Source: Vibrio vulnificus CMCP6 (GTDB taxonomy: Bacteria; Pseudomonadota; Gammaproteobacteria; Enterobacterales; Vibrionaceae). From it: 32,000 bases of DNA. The notes under the pieces were generated by a model. The model did no database searches. It was not told the DNA's origin and saw only the letters and a list, made by a program, of their open reading frames with translations. This document shows positions 9,210 through 17,909 of this stretch, one piece after another (the first letter of the stretch is position 1; each line of letters opens with the position of its first letter). The stretch is taken from NCBI RefSeq assembly GCF_000039765.1, contig NC_004460.2:840001-872000 (forward strand), read 5' to 3'. Made by a program: the position numbers and the translations under genes.

Positions 9210-10904
9210 ATGAGTGAAACATTGTTAGCCCTTTTGGCCTTTTCGCCAATTGTGGTCGCTGCCATCCTACTGGTCGGTCTTAACTGGCCTGCTAAAAAAG
9301 CCATGCCTGTTGCCTTCGCACTCACTGTGGTGATTGCACTCTTTGGTTGGGACATGTCCACCACCCGCGTGATCGCCTCTGTGCTGCAAGGCCTTGGCAT
9401 TACTGTCTCCGTGTTGTGGATTGTATTTGGTGCTATTTTCCTGCTGAACACGTTGAAACACACCGGAGCCATCACCACTATTCGCAACGGCTTTACCGAT
9501 ATCTCCGCTGACCGCCGCGTACAGGCGATCATTATCGCTTGGTGTTTCGGTTCTTTTATTGAAGGCGCATCTGGTTTTGGTACGCCCGCTGCGATTGCCG
9601 CACCTCTTCTGGTCGCCATTGGTTTTCCCGCGCTTGCGGCGGTACTGATGGGAATGATGATCCAATCCACACCGGTTTCTTTTGGTGCCGTTGGGACACC
9701 CATTATTGTCGGTGTGAACAAAGGTCTTGATACGCATAACATCAGCGAAGCCTTGATCGCTCACGGCTCAAGTTGGGATATTTACCTACAGCAAATCACT
9801 TCAAGCGTGGCGATGATCCACGCCACTGTTGGCACCATCATGCCGGTGCTGATGGCAATGATGCTGACACGCTTCTTTGGCAAAAATCGCAGTTGGAGTG
9901 AAGGGTTAGATATTCTTCCGTTCGCCCTATTTGCGGGTTTCGCTTTCACTGTCCCTTATGCCTTAACTGGCGTGTTCTTAGGCCCTGAGTTTCCTTCTTT
10001 GATTGGTGGTTTGGTCGGTCTTGCTATTGTAGTAACGGCGGCCAAAAAAGGCTTTCTCGTGCCGAAGTCACAATGGGATTTTGAAGCCGAGGACAAATGG
10101 CCAGCAGAATGGTTAGGCTCACTCAAAATCGATCTTGAACAAGTGCAAGGCAAACCGATGAGTCTGGTAAAAGCTTGGACACCTTACGTGCTTTTGGCAG
10201 TGATTCTCGTCGCCAGCCGCGTGAGTGCTGACTTCAAAGCCTTGTTAACGGGTATCAGCATCAGTTCTGGGACTATCTTAGGCGAAGCTGGTATCAGTAC
10301 AGCGTTCCAACCACTTTATTTACCTGGTGGCATCTTAGTGTTTGTCGCGTTACTTGCCGTGCTCATTCAAGCTGGCAGCCTCAAACCAATGGCAAAAGCG
10401 CTGGGCGAATCCAGTAAAACCCTCGTTGGAGCTGGCTTTGTACTCGTCTTCACCATTCCAATGGTTCGCATATTTATCAACTCGGGTGTCAACGCGGCGG
10501 ATCTCGCCAGTATGCCCGTCACCACCGCAAATTTCGCCGCTGACTTAGTTGGCTCTGCATTCCCGGCGTTGAGTGCCACCGTTGGTGCCTTAGGGGCATT
10601 CATCGCCGGTTCCAATACAGTGTCAAATATGATGTTCAGCCAGTTCCAATTTGAAGTGGCACAAACCTTGACCATCTCCAGTGCGGTTGTGGTGGCACTG
10701 CAAGCGGTGGGCGCGGCAGCGGGTAACATGATCGCCATTCACAACGTGGTTGCCGCTTCCGCCACTGTTGGGCTGCTCGGTCGTGAAGGTGCGACGCTGC
10801 GCAAAACCATTATCCCAACTTTCTACTACCTTGTAGTCACGGGCATCATCGGTTTAACACTGATTTACGGTTTGCAGATCACCGATGCACTCATGGCACC
10901 GTAG
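9210..10904 (+). CDS. lldP: L-lactate permease (LctP/LldP family)
   Basis: 564-aa polytopic membrane protein with LctP-family hallmarks as I recognise them ([45 protein letters not shown]). Start at 9210 (MSETLL) has GAGGAAG upstream. The 71-codon upstream extension in the track (from 8997) is AT-rich intergenic sequence that would overlap the LysR start. Confidence 0.9.
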   Translation: MSETLLALLAFSPIVVAAILLVGLNWPAKKAMPVAFALTVVIALFGWDMSTTRVIASVLQGLGITVSVLWIVFGAIFLLNTLKHTGAITTIRNGFTDISADRRVQAIIIAWCFGSFIEGASGFGTPAAIAAPLLVAIGFPALAAVLMGMMIQSTPVSFGAVGTPIIVGVNKGLDTHNISEALIAHGSSWDIYLQQITSSVAMIHATVGTIMPVLMAMMLTRFFGKNRSWSEGLDILPFALFAGFAFTVPYALTGVFLGPEFPSLIGGLVGLAIVVTAAKKGFLVPKSQWDFEAEDKWPAEWLGSLKIDLEQVQGKPMSLVKAWTPYVLLAVILVASRVSADFKALLTGISISSGTILGEAGISTAFQPLYLPGGILVFVALLAVLIQAGSLKPMAKALGESSKTLVGAGFVLVFTIPMVRIFINSGVNAADLASMPVTTANFAADLVGSAFPALSATVGALGAFIAGSNTVSNMMFSQFQFEVAQTLTISSAVVVALQAVGAAAGNMIAIHNVVAASATVGLLGREGATLRKTIIPTFYYLVVTGIIGLTLIYGLQITDALMAP

Positions 10905-10959
10905 ATAGCCAGATTCATAACGACAACGAGTGGCAGGTGCAACCTGCCGCCAAACCAAT

Positions 10960-11029
10960 ATGGCGTAGCGGTCGCATACCCCGACAACCATAGCGTAGTC
11001 ACTGCGCTATCCGCTGACCACTACGCCAT
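10960..11029 (+). other. Structured intergenic element between lldP and lldE (nested inverted repeats)
   Basis: 14-nt inverted repeat ATGGCGTAGCGGTC (10960-10973) / GACCACTACGCCAT (11016-11029) with 1 mismatch. It encloses an inner hairpin ATAGCG (10990-10995) / CGCTAT (11005-11010). A separate hairpin GGCAGG-TGCAA-CCTGCC sits at 10932-10948. Confidence 0.6.
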
Positions 11030-11051
11030 TCTTTACACGGGAGCACTGCCA

Positions 11052-11807
11052 ATGCGTATTTATCCGGCAAAACCTGACAAAGTTTATTTCTACGCCACTT
11101 GCCTCGTCGACATGTTTGACCCAGAAGCAGGGCTCGATGCCATGACACTACTCGAGCAGCAAGGCATTGACGTTATCTTTGTTGAAAAACAAACCTGTTG
11201 CGGCCAGCCAGCTTACTCTTCTGGATACGATGAAGAAGCCAAACAAGTTGCCCTCAGCCAAATTGAATTATTTCCGCAAAGCTACCCCGTGATTGTGTTA
11301 TCGGGATCGTGTGGCGGTATGATGCATCATCATTACCGACGTCTTTTTAAAGGCGATTCGCACGAAGCCCAAGTGAGCCAATTCTGTGACCGAGTTTTTG
11401 AGCTCACCGAATTTCTCGTCAATGTGTGTCGTGTCAAGCTCAATGACCAAGGTCAACCAACCTCAGTGGTGATGCACACTTCCTGCGCGGCTCGTCGGGA
11501 AATGAATGTGCATGTCACCGCAACAGAACTGCTTTCACAACTCGATAATATTGAACTGCGCATGCAAGATTACGAAAGCGAGTGCTGCGGCTTTGGCGGG
11601 ACATTCTCTGTTCGTCATCCCAACATTTCTCAAGCCATGGTGGAAGACAAAACTCGCCATATCGAGGCCACTGCCGCTGAGACACTCGTTAGCGCAGACT
11701 GGGGCTGCTTGCTCAATATCAACGGGGCATTTGAATATCAAGGTAAAGCGATCAAAGGTCGCCACTTGGCCAGTTTTCTACTCGAACGAATTGGGGGGAA
11801 AGCCTAA
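11052..11807 (+). CDS. lldE: L-lactate dehydrogenase complex subunit LldE/LutA (YkgE-like, CCG-domain Fe-S oxidoreductase)
   Basis: 251 aa with two cysteine-rich CCG motifs (KQTCCGQP, ESECCGFGG). First gene of an E-F-G triplet whose order matches ykgEFG/lutABC. The stop overlaps the lldF start (TAATG). Confidence 0.88.
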   Translation: MRIYPAKPDKVYFYATCLVDMFDPEAGLDAMTLLEQQGIDVIFVEKQTCCGQPAYSSGYDEEAKQVALSQIELFPQSYPVIVLSGSCGGMMHHHYRRLFKGDSHEAQVSQFCDRVFELTEFLVNVCRVKLNDQGQPTSVVMHTSCAARREMNVHVTATELLSQLDNIELRMQDYESECCGFGGTFSVRHPNISQAMVEDKTRHIEATAAETLVSADWGCLLNINGAFEYQGKAIKGRHLASFLLERIGGKA

Positions 11808-13237
11808 TGTCACAAACTCCGCAACAGTTCCATCAGCAAGCCAAAGTCGCGCTCGCGGACCCGCAACTCAGAGCCAATTTCCGTGGTGCGATGGATTATC
11901 TGCGCGACAAACGTAGACTCGCCTTTGCCGATCCTGCCGAGGAAAAAGCGATTCGAGATCTGGCGGAAGCCATTCGTCAACGATGCTTAAGCAAGTTACC
12001 GCAACTGCTAGAAAAGCTTGAGTTCAACTGCTATCGCAACGGTATTCATGTCCATTGGGCAGAAAATGCTGACGAAGCCAATAGCATCATTGCCAGCATT
12101 GCTAACGCTCATCAGGCGAAAATGATCATCAAAGGTAAATCGATGGTCAGCGAAGAGATTGAGATGAACCATGAGATGGCGAAACTGGGGATTGAGTGCT
12201 TAGAAAGTGATATGGGGGAATACATCGTCCAACTCGACGGCGACAAGCCTTCCCACATCATCATGCCAGCCATCCACAAAAATAAGCAGGAAGTGAGTGA
12301 TACCTTCGAGAAAAATCTCGACAACTTCACGCCAACAACCGATGTGGATGCCTTGATTCAAACTGGCCGCCAGCGCTTACGACAAAAATTTCACGATGCC
12401 GATATTGGTTTATCTGGCGTCAACTTTGCCGTTGCTGAAACAGGTACCTTGTGTTTGGTGGAAAACGAAGGGAACGGGCGCATGTCCACTACCGTGCCGA
12501 ATGTGCACATTGCGATTACTGGCATTGAAAAGGTGGTGGAATTTTTGACCGACGTACCGCCGCTCTACAGCGCATTAACCCGTAGTGCGACCGGACAAGC
12601 CATTACCACCTATTTCAACATGATTACCTCACCACGTAAAAATGGTGAAAAAGATGGCCCACAAGAAGTGCATTTGGTGCTACTTGATAATGGCCGCTCA
12701 CAAGCTTATCAAGATGAAGAGTTACGCAAAACGCTGCAATGTATTCGCTGTGGCGCCTGCATGAATCACTGCCCTGTTTACACCAAAATTGGTGGCCATG
12801 CCTATGGCACCGTCTATCCCGGCCCTATTGGTAAGATCATCTCTCCTCATTTACTAGGATTGGAAAAAACACAGGATCTTGTTACCGCATCAAGCCTTTG
12901 CGGCGCTTGTGGAGAAGTATGCCCGGTACGCATCCCCATTCCTGAAATGTTGCAACGCCTGCGACGAGAAGCAAAAAATGATCCCATGCCAAACCATGCT
13001 CCACTTCGCGGCCAAAACGCGGCGCACAGTGGGTTGGAAACGGCAGCAATGAAAGGCTTTGCTTACGCCGCTAGCCATCCCTCGCTCTACCATGCAGGCA
13101 CGGCCATCGCCAGCAAAATGCGTAACCTACTTCCGGCAAATCTCGGGCCTTGGACACAATGCCGCACTGCGCCAAAACCGGCAGAAAAATCCTTACACCA
13201 ATTGATGGCAGAAAAACGCAAAAGAGGTGAATCATGA
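11807..13237 (+). CDS. lldF: L-lactate dehydrogenase complex subunit LldF/LutB (4Fe-4S protein)
   Basis: 476 aa with two ferredoxin-type cluster motifs (CIRCGACMNHCP, CGACGEVCP). Start and stop overlap the flanking genes, indicating translational coupling. Confidence 0.88.
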   Translation: MSQTPQQFHQQAKVALADPQLRANFRGAMDYLRDKRRLAFADPAEEKAIRDLAEAIRQRCLSKLPQLLEKLEFNCYRNGIHVHWAENADEANSIIASIANAHQAKMIIKGKSMVSEEIEMNHEMAKLGIECLESDMGEYIVQLDGDKPSHIIMPAIHKNKQEVSDTFEKNLDNFTPTTDVDALIQTGRQRLRQKFHDADIGLSGVNFAVAETGTLCLVENEGNGRMSTTVPNVHIAITGIEKVVEFLTDVPPLYSALTRSATGQAITTYFNMITSPRKNGEKDGPQEVHLVLLDNGRSQAYQDEELRKTLQCIRCGACMNHCPVYTKIGGHAYGTVYPGPIGKIISPHLLGLEKTQDLVTASSLCGACGEVCPVRIPIPEMLQRLRREAKNDPMPNHAPLRGQNAAHSGLETAAMKGFAYAASHPSLYHAGTAIASKMRNLLPANLGPWTQCRTAPKPAEKSLHQLMAEKRKRGES

Positions 13238-13893
13238 GCCATGCGAAAAACAACATACTCAATCGCCTCAAAGCCGCCAACGCGATTGAAAAAAGTTCTG
13301 CGCACTTGAGTTATCAACCATGGGGACACGAACAGAATGTCACTCAGGATGAAAAAGTGCGCCGCTTCATCACTGCCATGGAAGCCAGCCACGCCGAAAT
13401 GCACACGATAGAAGCGTCACAACTCGAATCCACCATCGCGCGTATTGTGTCAGACAAAGCGTGTCAAACCGCCGCCATTGGCACGGATGGAGAATACATT
13501 CACGCCTTTCGTAACGGGCTCGCTCAGGTGAAAGTGGTGGAATTTGAACGCCACATTGAAGAATGGAAGAGTGAGCTTTTTAACCAAATCGATGTCGGTA
13601 TTACTCATGTTTTAGCCGGTATTGCAGACACTGGTGCTTTGGTGTTATGGCCAAACGAATATGAGCCAAGAACCTTGTCCTTGGTACCTCCTAAGCACAT
13701 CGCCGTGATCAAACAGTCGACTCTCAAGTGCAATTTTCTTGAGGTCATGGTGGAGCAAGAGTGGGCACATCATATGCCGACCAATGCACTGTTGATTTCT
13801 GGCCCGTCTAAAACGGCTGACATCCAACAAACTCTGGCCTATGGCGCGCACGGACCAAGTGAACTCGTGGTGTTATTACTTACCGATCAATAA
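13234..13893 (+). CDS. lldG: L-lactate dehydrogenase complex subunit LldG/LutC (YkgG-like)
   Basis: 219 aa. ATGA overlap with lldF at 13234-13237. The size and third position in the E-F-G triplet fit the LutC/YkgG family. Confidence 0.8.
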   Translation: MSHAKNNILNRLKAANAIEKSSAHLSYQPWGHEQNVTQDEKVRRFITAMEASHAEMHTIEASQLESTIARIVSDKACQTAAIGTDGEYIHAFRNGLAQVKVVEFERHIEEWKSELFNQIDVGITHVLAGIADTGALVLWPNEYEPRTLSLVPPKHIAVIKQSTLKCNFLEVMVEQEWAHHMPTNALLISGPSKTADIQQTLAYGAHGPSELVVLLLTDQ

Positions 13894-14062
13894 GCGAAAA
13901 ACGTAACCTCAGCCTCATCGTTGAGGTTTTGTTTCTCAGCCATTGTGACGTTTTCATACAAACATGGCACGATGCTTTAGCCCAAATAGAAAACATCAAG
14001 AGCAAATACGTCGCAGCAATGTAAAAACATAAACCGAAAAACGCTGCAAAACAAAGGAAGCA

Positions 14063-16903
14063 ATGATGGTCAATAACTTAGATAACGCCACCTATCAAAA
14101 ACTGGCTGCGGTGTTTGCTACCCGCATTGAACAAGAGCGGATCATTACCCAAGAGGCCAAACGCTTAGCCTACGGCACCGACGCCAGTTTTTATCGTTTA
14201 GTGCCAAAGATCGTCTTACGACTCAAGGATTTGCAAGAAGTCATTTTTGCCATTCAAAGTTGCCGCGAGCTCCATGTTCCCTGCACGTTTCGCGCCGCGG
14301 GTACCAGTTTGTCTGGGCAAGCGGTCTCTGATTCTGTGCTCATCACCCTAACCGACGATTGGCGTGGTCATGAGATTGTCGACGATGGCAATAAGATCAT
14401 TCTTCAACCTGGCGTAATCGGGGCGGATGCCAATCGATATTTGGCCCCTTTTCAGCGCAAAATTGGCCCCGATCCCGCTTCGATTAATACCTGCAAAATC
14501 GGCGGCATAGCGGCCAATAATGCCAGTGGCATGTGCTGCGGCACCGCGCAAAACTCTTACCGCACCGTGGACAGTATGAAGATCGTTTTTAGTGATGGCA
14601 CCATACTGAACACCGCAGATGAAGCCAGCATCGCCGCCTTTAAGCAAAGCCACGCTTCGCTCGTCTCCGGCATCGAAGCACTTTGCCAGCAAGTGGCTGA
14701 TAATAAAGAATTATCAGATAAAATTAAGCACAAGTATCGTCTTAAAAACACCACAGGTTACGCTCTTAATGCCCTAGTGGATTACCAAGATCCGATTGAA
14801 GTCATTGAACACTTGATGATCGGTTCAGAAGGCACCTTAGGCTTTATTGCCGAGATCACCTATAACACCGTCATTGAGCACCCCAATAAAGCCTCGGCGT
14901 TGTTGGTCTTTGCGACCATCGAAGAAGCCTGTCGTGCCGTAACGACGTTATCCAAATTACCTGTGGCAGCCGTCGAACTGATGGATGGGCGCGCAATGCG
15001 TTCTGTTGCCGACAAAGCGGGCATGCCCAGCTTTATTCAATCGTTGGATCTCGAAGCCGCGGCCATTTTGGTTGAGTCTCATGCAAGCTGCCAAACAACG
15101 TTAGATTTACAATGTAAATCTGTTATGGATGCATTGGCAGAGTACACCATCATTGAATCCGTGCCGTTTACCAGCGATGCTGCGACCGTTGCGACACTAT
15201 GGGGAATTCGCAAAGGCATGTTCCCTGCCGTAGGGGCAGTACGTGAAGTCGGCACCACGGTGATTATCGAAGACGTTGCTTTCCCAGTGGAAAACTTAGC
15301 TAACGGCGTACGTGACCTACAAGCCTTGTTTGATCGTTTCCAATACGGTGAAGCGATCATTTTCGGCCACGCTCTTGAAGGTAACTTGCACTTTGTTTTC
15401 ACCCAAGGGTTTGATAGCCAAACAGAAATTGACCGCTACGGCAAGTTCATGGATGAGGTTGCGGAGTTGGTTGCGGTCAAATATCAAGGCTCGCTTAAAG
15501 CGGAACATGGTACAGGCCGTAACATGGCCCCCTATGTCGAGCTAGAATGGGGCCGTGAGGGCTACCAGTTGATGCAACAGATCAAGACGATCTTCGATCC
15601 GCAAGGTCTGCTCAATCCAGGGGTCATCATCAATGATAATCCCCACTCGCATATAGAAAACCTCAAACCCATGCCAGCTGCCGATCCCTTGGTGGATCGC
15701 TGCATTGAATGCGGATTTTGTGAACCCGTTTGCCCTTCGAGAACACTGACGCTTTCTCCTCGCCAACGCATCGTGCTCTATCGAGAATTGCAGCGCAGAG
15801 AACGGGCAGGTGAAAAAATTCAAGCCAGCGAGTTAGAGAAAGTTTTTGAATATCAAGGTATTGATACCTGCGCAGCAACCGGTTTGTGTGCCGAACGCTG
15901 CCCAGTTGGCATTAATACTGGCGATTTGGTGAAAAAACTTCGTACCGCTAAGTATCAGAAGTTTACCCCCATTGCCAAATGGACTGCGGACCATTTCAGC
16001 ACCACAACCGCCATTGCCAGAAATGGTCTACGTGCTAACCAGTTAGCGAGTAAAGTGATTGGCGCGCCAACAGTGGGCAAACTCACCAATGGCTTACGCT
16101 CACTGACCAAAGGGTCTACTCCCATTTGGTATCCAGAGTACCCTACTGCCAATCAACACTCACTTGGTAGCAGCGCATTTCCTATCACTGCAACAGAGAA
16201 GAAAGTGGTATACATGCCTTCATGCGCTAGCCGTAACATGGGGCAACAGGCAGACGCTCCGGATCAACGGCCACTGACAGAGGTGACATTGTCACTTATA
16301 AAGAAAGCAGGATACGAGGTGATCATCCCTGCGCAATTGAGCAATCAATGTTGTGGCATGCCATACGACAGCAAAGGGATGAACGAATTGGCAACAAACA
16401 AAGCCAGGCAGTTGGAAGAAGTACTGTGGCAGGCGAGTCGAGAAGGGACCTATCCTGTGCTGATGGATACCAGCCCTTGTGCCAAACGCAGCATTGAGCA
16501 GTTTAGCCAACCCATGGAGGTGCTTGAGCCGACAGGCTTTGTCAGCAAGTATCTCTTACCACATCTCGACATTACCCCACTCAACGAAACCGTCATGTTA
16601 CACGTCACTTGCAGTTCAAGACGCATGGGGCTGGAAAATGCCATGATAACGTTAGCCAACGCGTGCGCATCCCGCGTCATTGTTCCTGAACATATTCAAT
16701 GTTGTGGCTGGGCTGGCGATAAAGGATTCACCACCCCAGAACTCAACGCCGCCGCAGTTCATCCGTTAAAAGCGCAAGTGCCCAGTGATTGCCAGCGAGG
16801 CTTTAGCAATAGCCGCACGTGTGAAATTGGTTTGTCGCATCACAGTGGCATACCTTATCAATCCATTCTCTACCTGGTTGATGACGCCTCATCTCCCCGT
16901 TAA
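14063..16903 (+). CDS. dld: FAD- and Fe-S-containing D-lactate dehydrogenase (Dld-II type: FAD-binding PCMH domain + 4Fe-4S dicluster + two CCG domains)
   Basis: 946 aa. N-terminal FAD-binding/oxidase region. CIECGFCEPVCPS and CAATGLCAERCPVG cluster motifs. C-terminal CCG motifs (NQCCGMPY, IQCCGWAGDKGF). It lies adjacent to lldEFG, the arrangement described for Shewanella lactate utilisation. Tandem ATGs at 14063 and 14066; the second has the better spacing to AGGA. Confidence 0.85.
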   Translation: MMVNNLDNATYQKLAAVFATRIEQERIITQEAKRLAYGTDASFYRLVPKIVLRLKDLQEVIFAIQSCRELHVPCTFRAAGTSLSGQAVSDSVLITLTDDWRGHEIVDDGNKIILQPGVIGADANRYLAPFQRKIGPDPASINTCKIGGIAANNASGMCCGTAQNSYRTVDSMKIVFSDGTILNTADEASIAAFKQSHASLVSGIEALCQQVADNKELSDKIKHKYRLKNTTGYALNALVDYQDPIEVIEHLMIGSEGTLGFIAEITYNTVIEHPNKASALLVFATIEEACRAVTTLSKLPVAAVELMDGRAMRSVADKAGMPSFIQSLDLEAAAILVESHASCQTTLDLQCKSVMDALAEYTIIESVPFTSDAATVATLWGIRKGMFPAVGAVREVGTTVIIEDVAFPVENLANGVRDLQALFDRFQYGEAIIFGHALEGNLHFVFTQGFDSQTEIDRYGKFMDEVAELVAVKYQGSLKAEHGTGRNMAPYVELEWGREGYQLMQQIKTIFDPQGLLNPGVIINDNPHSHIENLKPMPAADPLVDRCIECGFCEPVCPSRTLTLSPRQRIVLYRELQRRERAGEKIQASELEKVFEYQGIDTCAATGLCAERCPVGINTGDLVKKLRTAKYQKFTPIAKWTADHFSTTTAIARNGLRANQLASKVIGAPTVGKLTNGLRSLTKGSTPIWYPEYPTANQHSLGSSAFPITATEKKVVYMPSCASRNMGQQADAPDQRPLTEVTLSLIKKAGYEVIIPAQLSNQCCGMPYDSKGMNELATNKARQLEEVLWQASREGTYPVLMDTSPCAKRSIEQFSQPMEVLEPTGFVSKYLLPHLDITPLNETVMLHVTCSSRRMGLENAMITLANACASRVIVPEHIQCCGWAGDKGFTTPELNAAAVHPLKAQVPSDCQRGFSNSRTCEIGLSHHSGIPYQSILYLVDDASSPR

Positions 16904-16931
16904 GAATAGCGAGGATAGCCACTCCTCTTCT

Positions 16932-16960
16932 GGGCTCCCTTTATTGGAGCCCTTTTCTCT
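16932..16960 (+). terminator. Rho-independent terminator of dld
   Basis: Stem GGGCTCC (16932-16938) / GGAGCCC (16946-16952) with a 7-nt loop, followed by TTTTCTCT. It begins 29 nt after the stop. Confidence 0.7.
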
Positions 16961-17028
16961 CGTCACTGTCGCAATTTAGTTTTCATCAAGGCATACTGAG
17001 CCCTTCTCCAACGCAAAGGAAAGCCCCT

Positions 17029-17784
17029 ATGTCAGAATGTAACTTATTGATTGCCGAGCTTAAAAAACAACTCAAGTTGCAAGGCGTTCACTATTCTGAC
17101 ATTGCTCGCTCACTGGCACTCAGTGAAGGCTCCGTGAAACGGCTCCTCGCAGAAGGCAGCCAGATTAGCTTAGAAAGGCTGGAACGTATTTGTCAGTTGG
17201 CAGGCTTGGAAATGAGCGAGCTTTTTAAACTGGTGGCCAAGCACAATCAAGGCATTGTTGCGCTGACCTATGAGCAAGAAAAGCAACTTATCGACGATAA
17301 AGCCCTGCTGCTGGTCTCTGTTTGCGTGGTGAATGGCTACACCTTTGAGGAAATTCGCCAACAATACCAGTTTAGCCAACCAGAATTGATTCAAAAACTC
17401 GCTCAGTTAGATCGGCTCGGCATCATTGAATTGCAACCGAACAACCGAATTAAACTTAAGATTTCCAAAGAGTTTTCTTGGATTGCAGGTGGTCCTATCC
17501 AACGATTTTTCCAACAACAGGTGCAACAGGCGTTTTTCCACAGTTACTTCTCTGCTTCGGATGAAAAATTGGTCATGGCAACCGGATTGATGTCGACGCC
17601 GACCAACCAAAAAATGCAGCAGAAACTGCAAAAATTGATCACTGAGTTTTATGCCGCCTGCCAAGATGACAGTGAACTCGCGATTGAAGATCGTCACGGC
17701 ACCTCGATGGTTCTCGCCATCCGACGTTGGACCTTTCCCATGTTTTCTGAGTTAGAAAACAGGCCAACCGTGCAAGAAAAGTAA
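17029..17784 (+). CDS. Helix-turn-helix (XRE-like) transcriptional regulator with an uncharacterised C-terminal domain
   Basis: 251 aa. The N-terminus (LKLQGVHYSDIARSLALSEGSVKRLLAEGSQISLERLERICQLAGLEMSELF) has the HTH_XRE pattern. RBS AAAGGAAAG lies upstream. Confidence 0.7.
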   Translation: MSECNLLIAELKKQLKLQGVHYSDIARSLALSEGSVKRLLAEGSQISLERLERICQLAGLEMSELFKLVAKHNQGIVALTYEQEKQLIDDKALLLVSVCVVNGYTFEEIRQQYQFSQPELIQKLAQLDRLGIIELQPNNRIKLKISKEFSWIAGGPIQRFFQQQVQQAFFHSYFSASDEKLVMATGLMSTPTNQKMQQKLQKLITEFYAACQDDSELAIEDRHGTSMVLAIRRWTFPMFSELENRPTVQEK

Positions 17785-17851
17785 CACCAATCACACCAAA
17801 AGTAACAATATACGTTACTTTCATCATTAGAATCGCCTCAAAAGGTCACTT

Positions 17852-17871
17852 CTGCCATTCTGCCTGCCATT
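17852..17871 (+). repeat. 8-bp direct repeat CTGCCATT x2 (12-bp period) upstream of the VIT-vWA gene
   Basis: CTGCCATT occurs at 17852-17859 and again at 17864-17871. It is followed by hairpin AACGGTG-CAA-CACCGTT (17874-17890), 6 nt before the GGAGG RBS. Confidence 0.6.
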
Positions 17872-17909
17872 GGAACGGTGCAACACCGTTATTTCATGGA
17901 GGCAACAAA

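Noticed and set aside
13944-13960. CRP-like site TGTGACGTTTTCATACA upstream of dld
   Set aside because: Only the left half (TGTGA) matches. At the required N6 spacing the right half (CATAC) matches the TCACA consensus at 0/5. A 4/5 match appears only at a non-canonical N5 spacing.
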